Below, one piece after another: positions 53,011 to 53,338 of a stretch of DNA of 53,338 bases (position 1 is its first letter; every line of letters starts with the position of its first letter). Source of the stretch: a virus (taxonomy: Duplodnaviria; Caudoviricetes). The DNA lies in the IMG/VR virus record IMGVR_UViG_3300043765_000021, positions 1 through 53,338 of that record. One strand, given 5' to 3'. The position numbers and the translations under genes are program-made. The notes beneath the pieces are model-generated. The model did no database searches. It saw nothing but the letters and a program-made list of their open reading frames with translations, and was not told the origin of the DNA.

Positions 53011-53338
53011 CGCACACCCCGCGCATAGCAATGGCTGTCGGGATGGAACTCGGCATAGTCCATGCCCTTGACATCGGGCATCCCATCAGCGCGAAAGCGA
53101 TAGCTCTCAGGATGGTACGGATCGAGGCGTACACGCATTGCAGCGCCACTCTGCGCCTCGCAAACCACGCCCTCGATCCACGCATAGGGAATGCGCTTCT
53201 TGAGGCGCAACGCCTTCTTGAAGAGCGTCTCGGAAACGATGGTGGTGCAGTCCCGAAGGCACAGCGCGCGGCACAGCATCACCCGCTTGTTGCCCTGCGA
53301 CAACGCCCAAATCTCAGGCTTCTGCTGCCGCCATTGGT
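53007..53338 (-). CDS. Phage hypothetical protein (paralogue family, copy 1), 5'-truncated
   Basis: Frame open to the window end; L.D....VS......K...YAW..G...RV..DPY. Confidence 0.6.
   Translation of the reverse strand, partial: QWRQQKPEIWALSQGNKRVMLCRALCLRDCTTIVSETLFKKALRLKKRIPYAWIEGVVCEAQSGAAMRVRLDPYHPESYRFRADGMPDVKGMDYAEFHPDSHCYARGVR

Noticed and set aside
1-53338. tRNA, rRNA, integrase/att sites, IS elements, lysis cassette
   Set aside because: None recognised by eye; they may lie outside the window, and a tRNAscan/HMM search would be needed to exclude them.

Overview
A 53-kb, GC-rich fragment of a tailed dsDNA phage or prophage, cut through genes at both ends. A GcrA homologue points to an alphaproteobacterial host. 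There are four blocks. (1) 1-15444 (+): the end of a large virion protein, two collagen-like (Gly-X-Thr) fibre genes flanking a GT2/TPR glycosyltransferase, then an array of modular, paralogous fibre/adhesin genes. (2) 15628-16128 (-): RusA and a divergent promoter region. (3) 16258-34590 (+): recombination, DNA modification, replication and regulatory genes (KTSC, gp3-like, DpdA/TGT-like, LmbU/ParB-HTH-like, DUF1376-like initiator with an ori-like repeat cluster, SF2 helicase, primase, GcrA, PAPS reductase family, Pro-rich proteins). (4) 34962-53338 (-): about 50 small, mostly unknown genes typical of an early/host-takeover region. Two non-coding signals stand out. First, a family of about 10-12 covarying, ~50-bp bulged hairpins with a conserved TGRCA end sits directly upstream of GATGGAG ribosome-binding blocks and punctuates the small-gene region like a cassette array. 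Second, six perfect copies of a parS-like palindrome, TTCCACGTGGAA, plus half-sites concentrated in promoters and in/around an LmbU/ParB-HTH-like gene. No tRNA, rRNA, CRISPR array, integrase, reverse transcriptase, terminase, capsid or clear lysin was recognised. All family calls are motif recognition by eye, not database hits.
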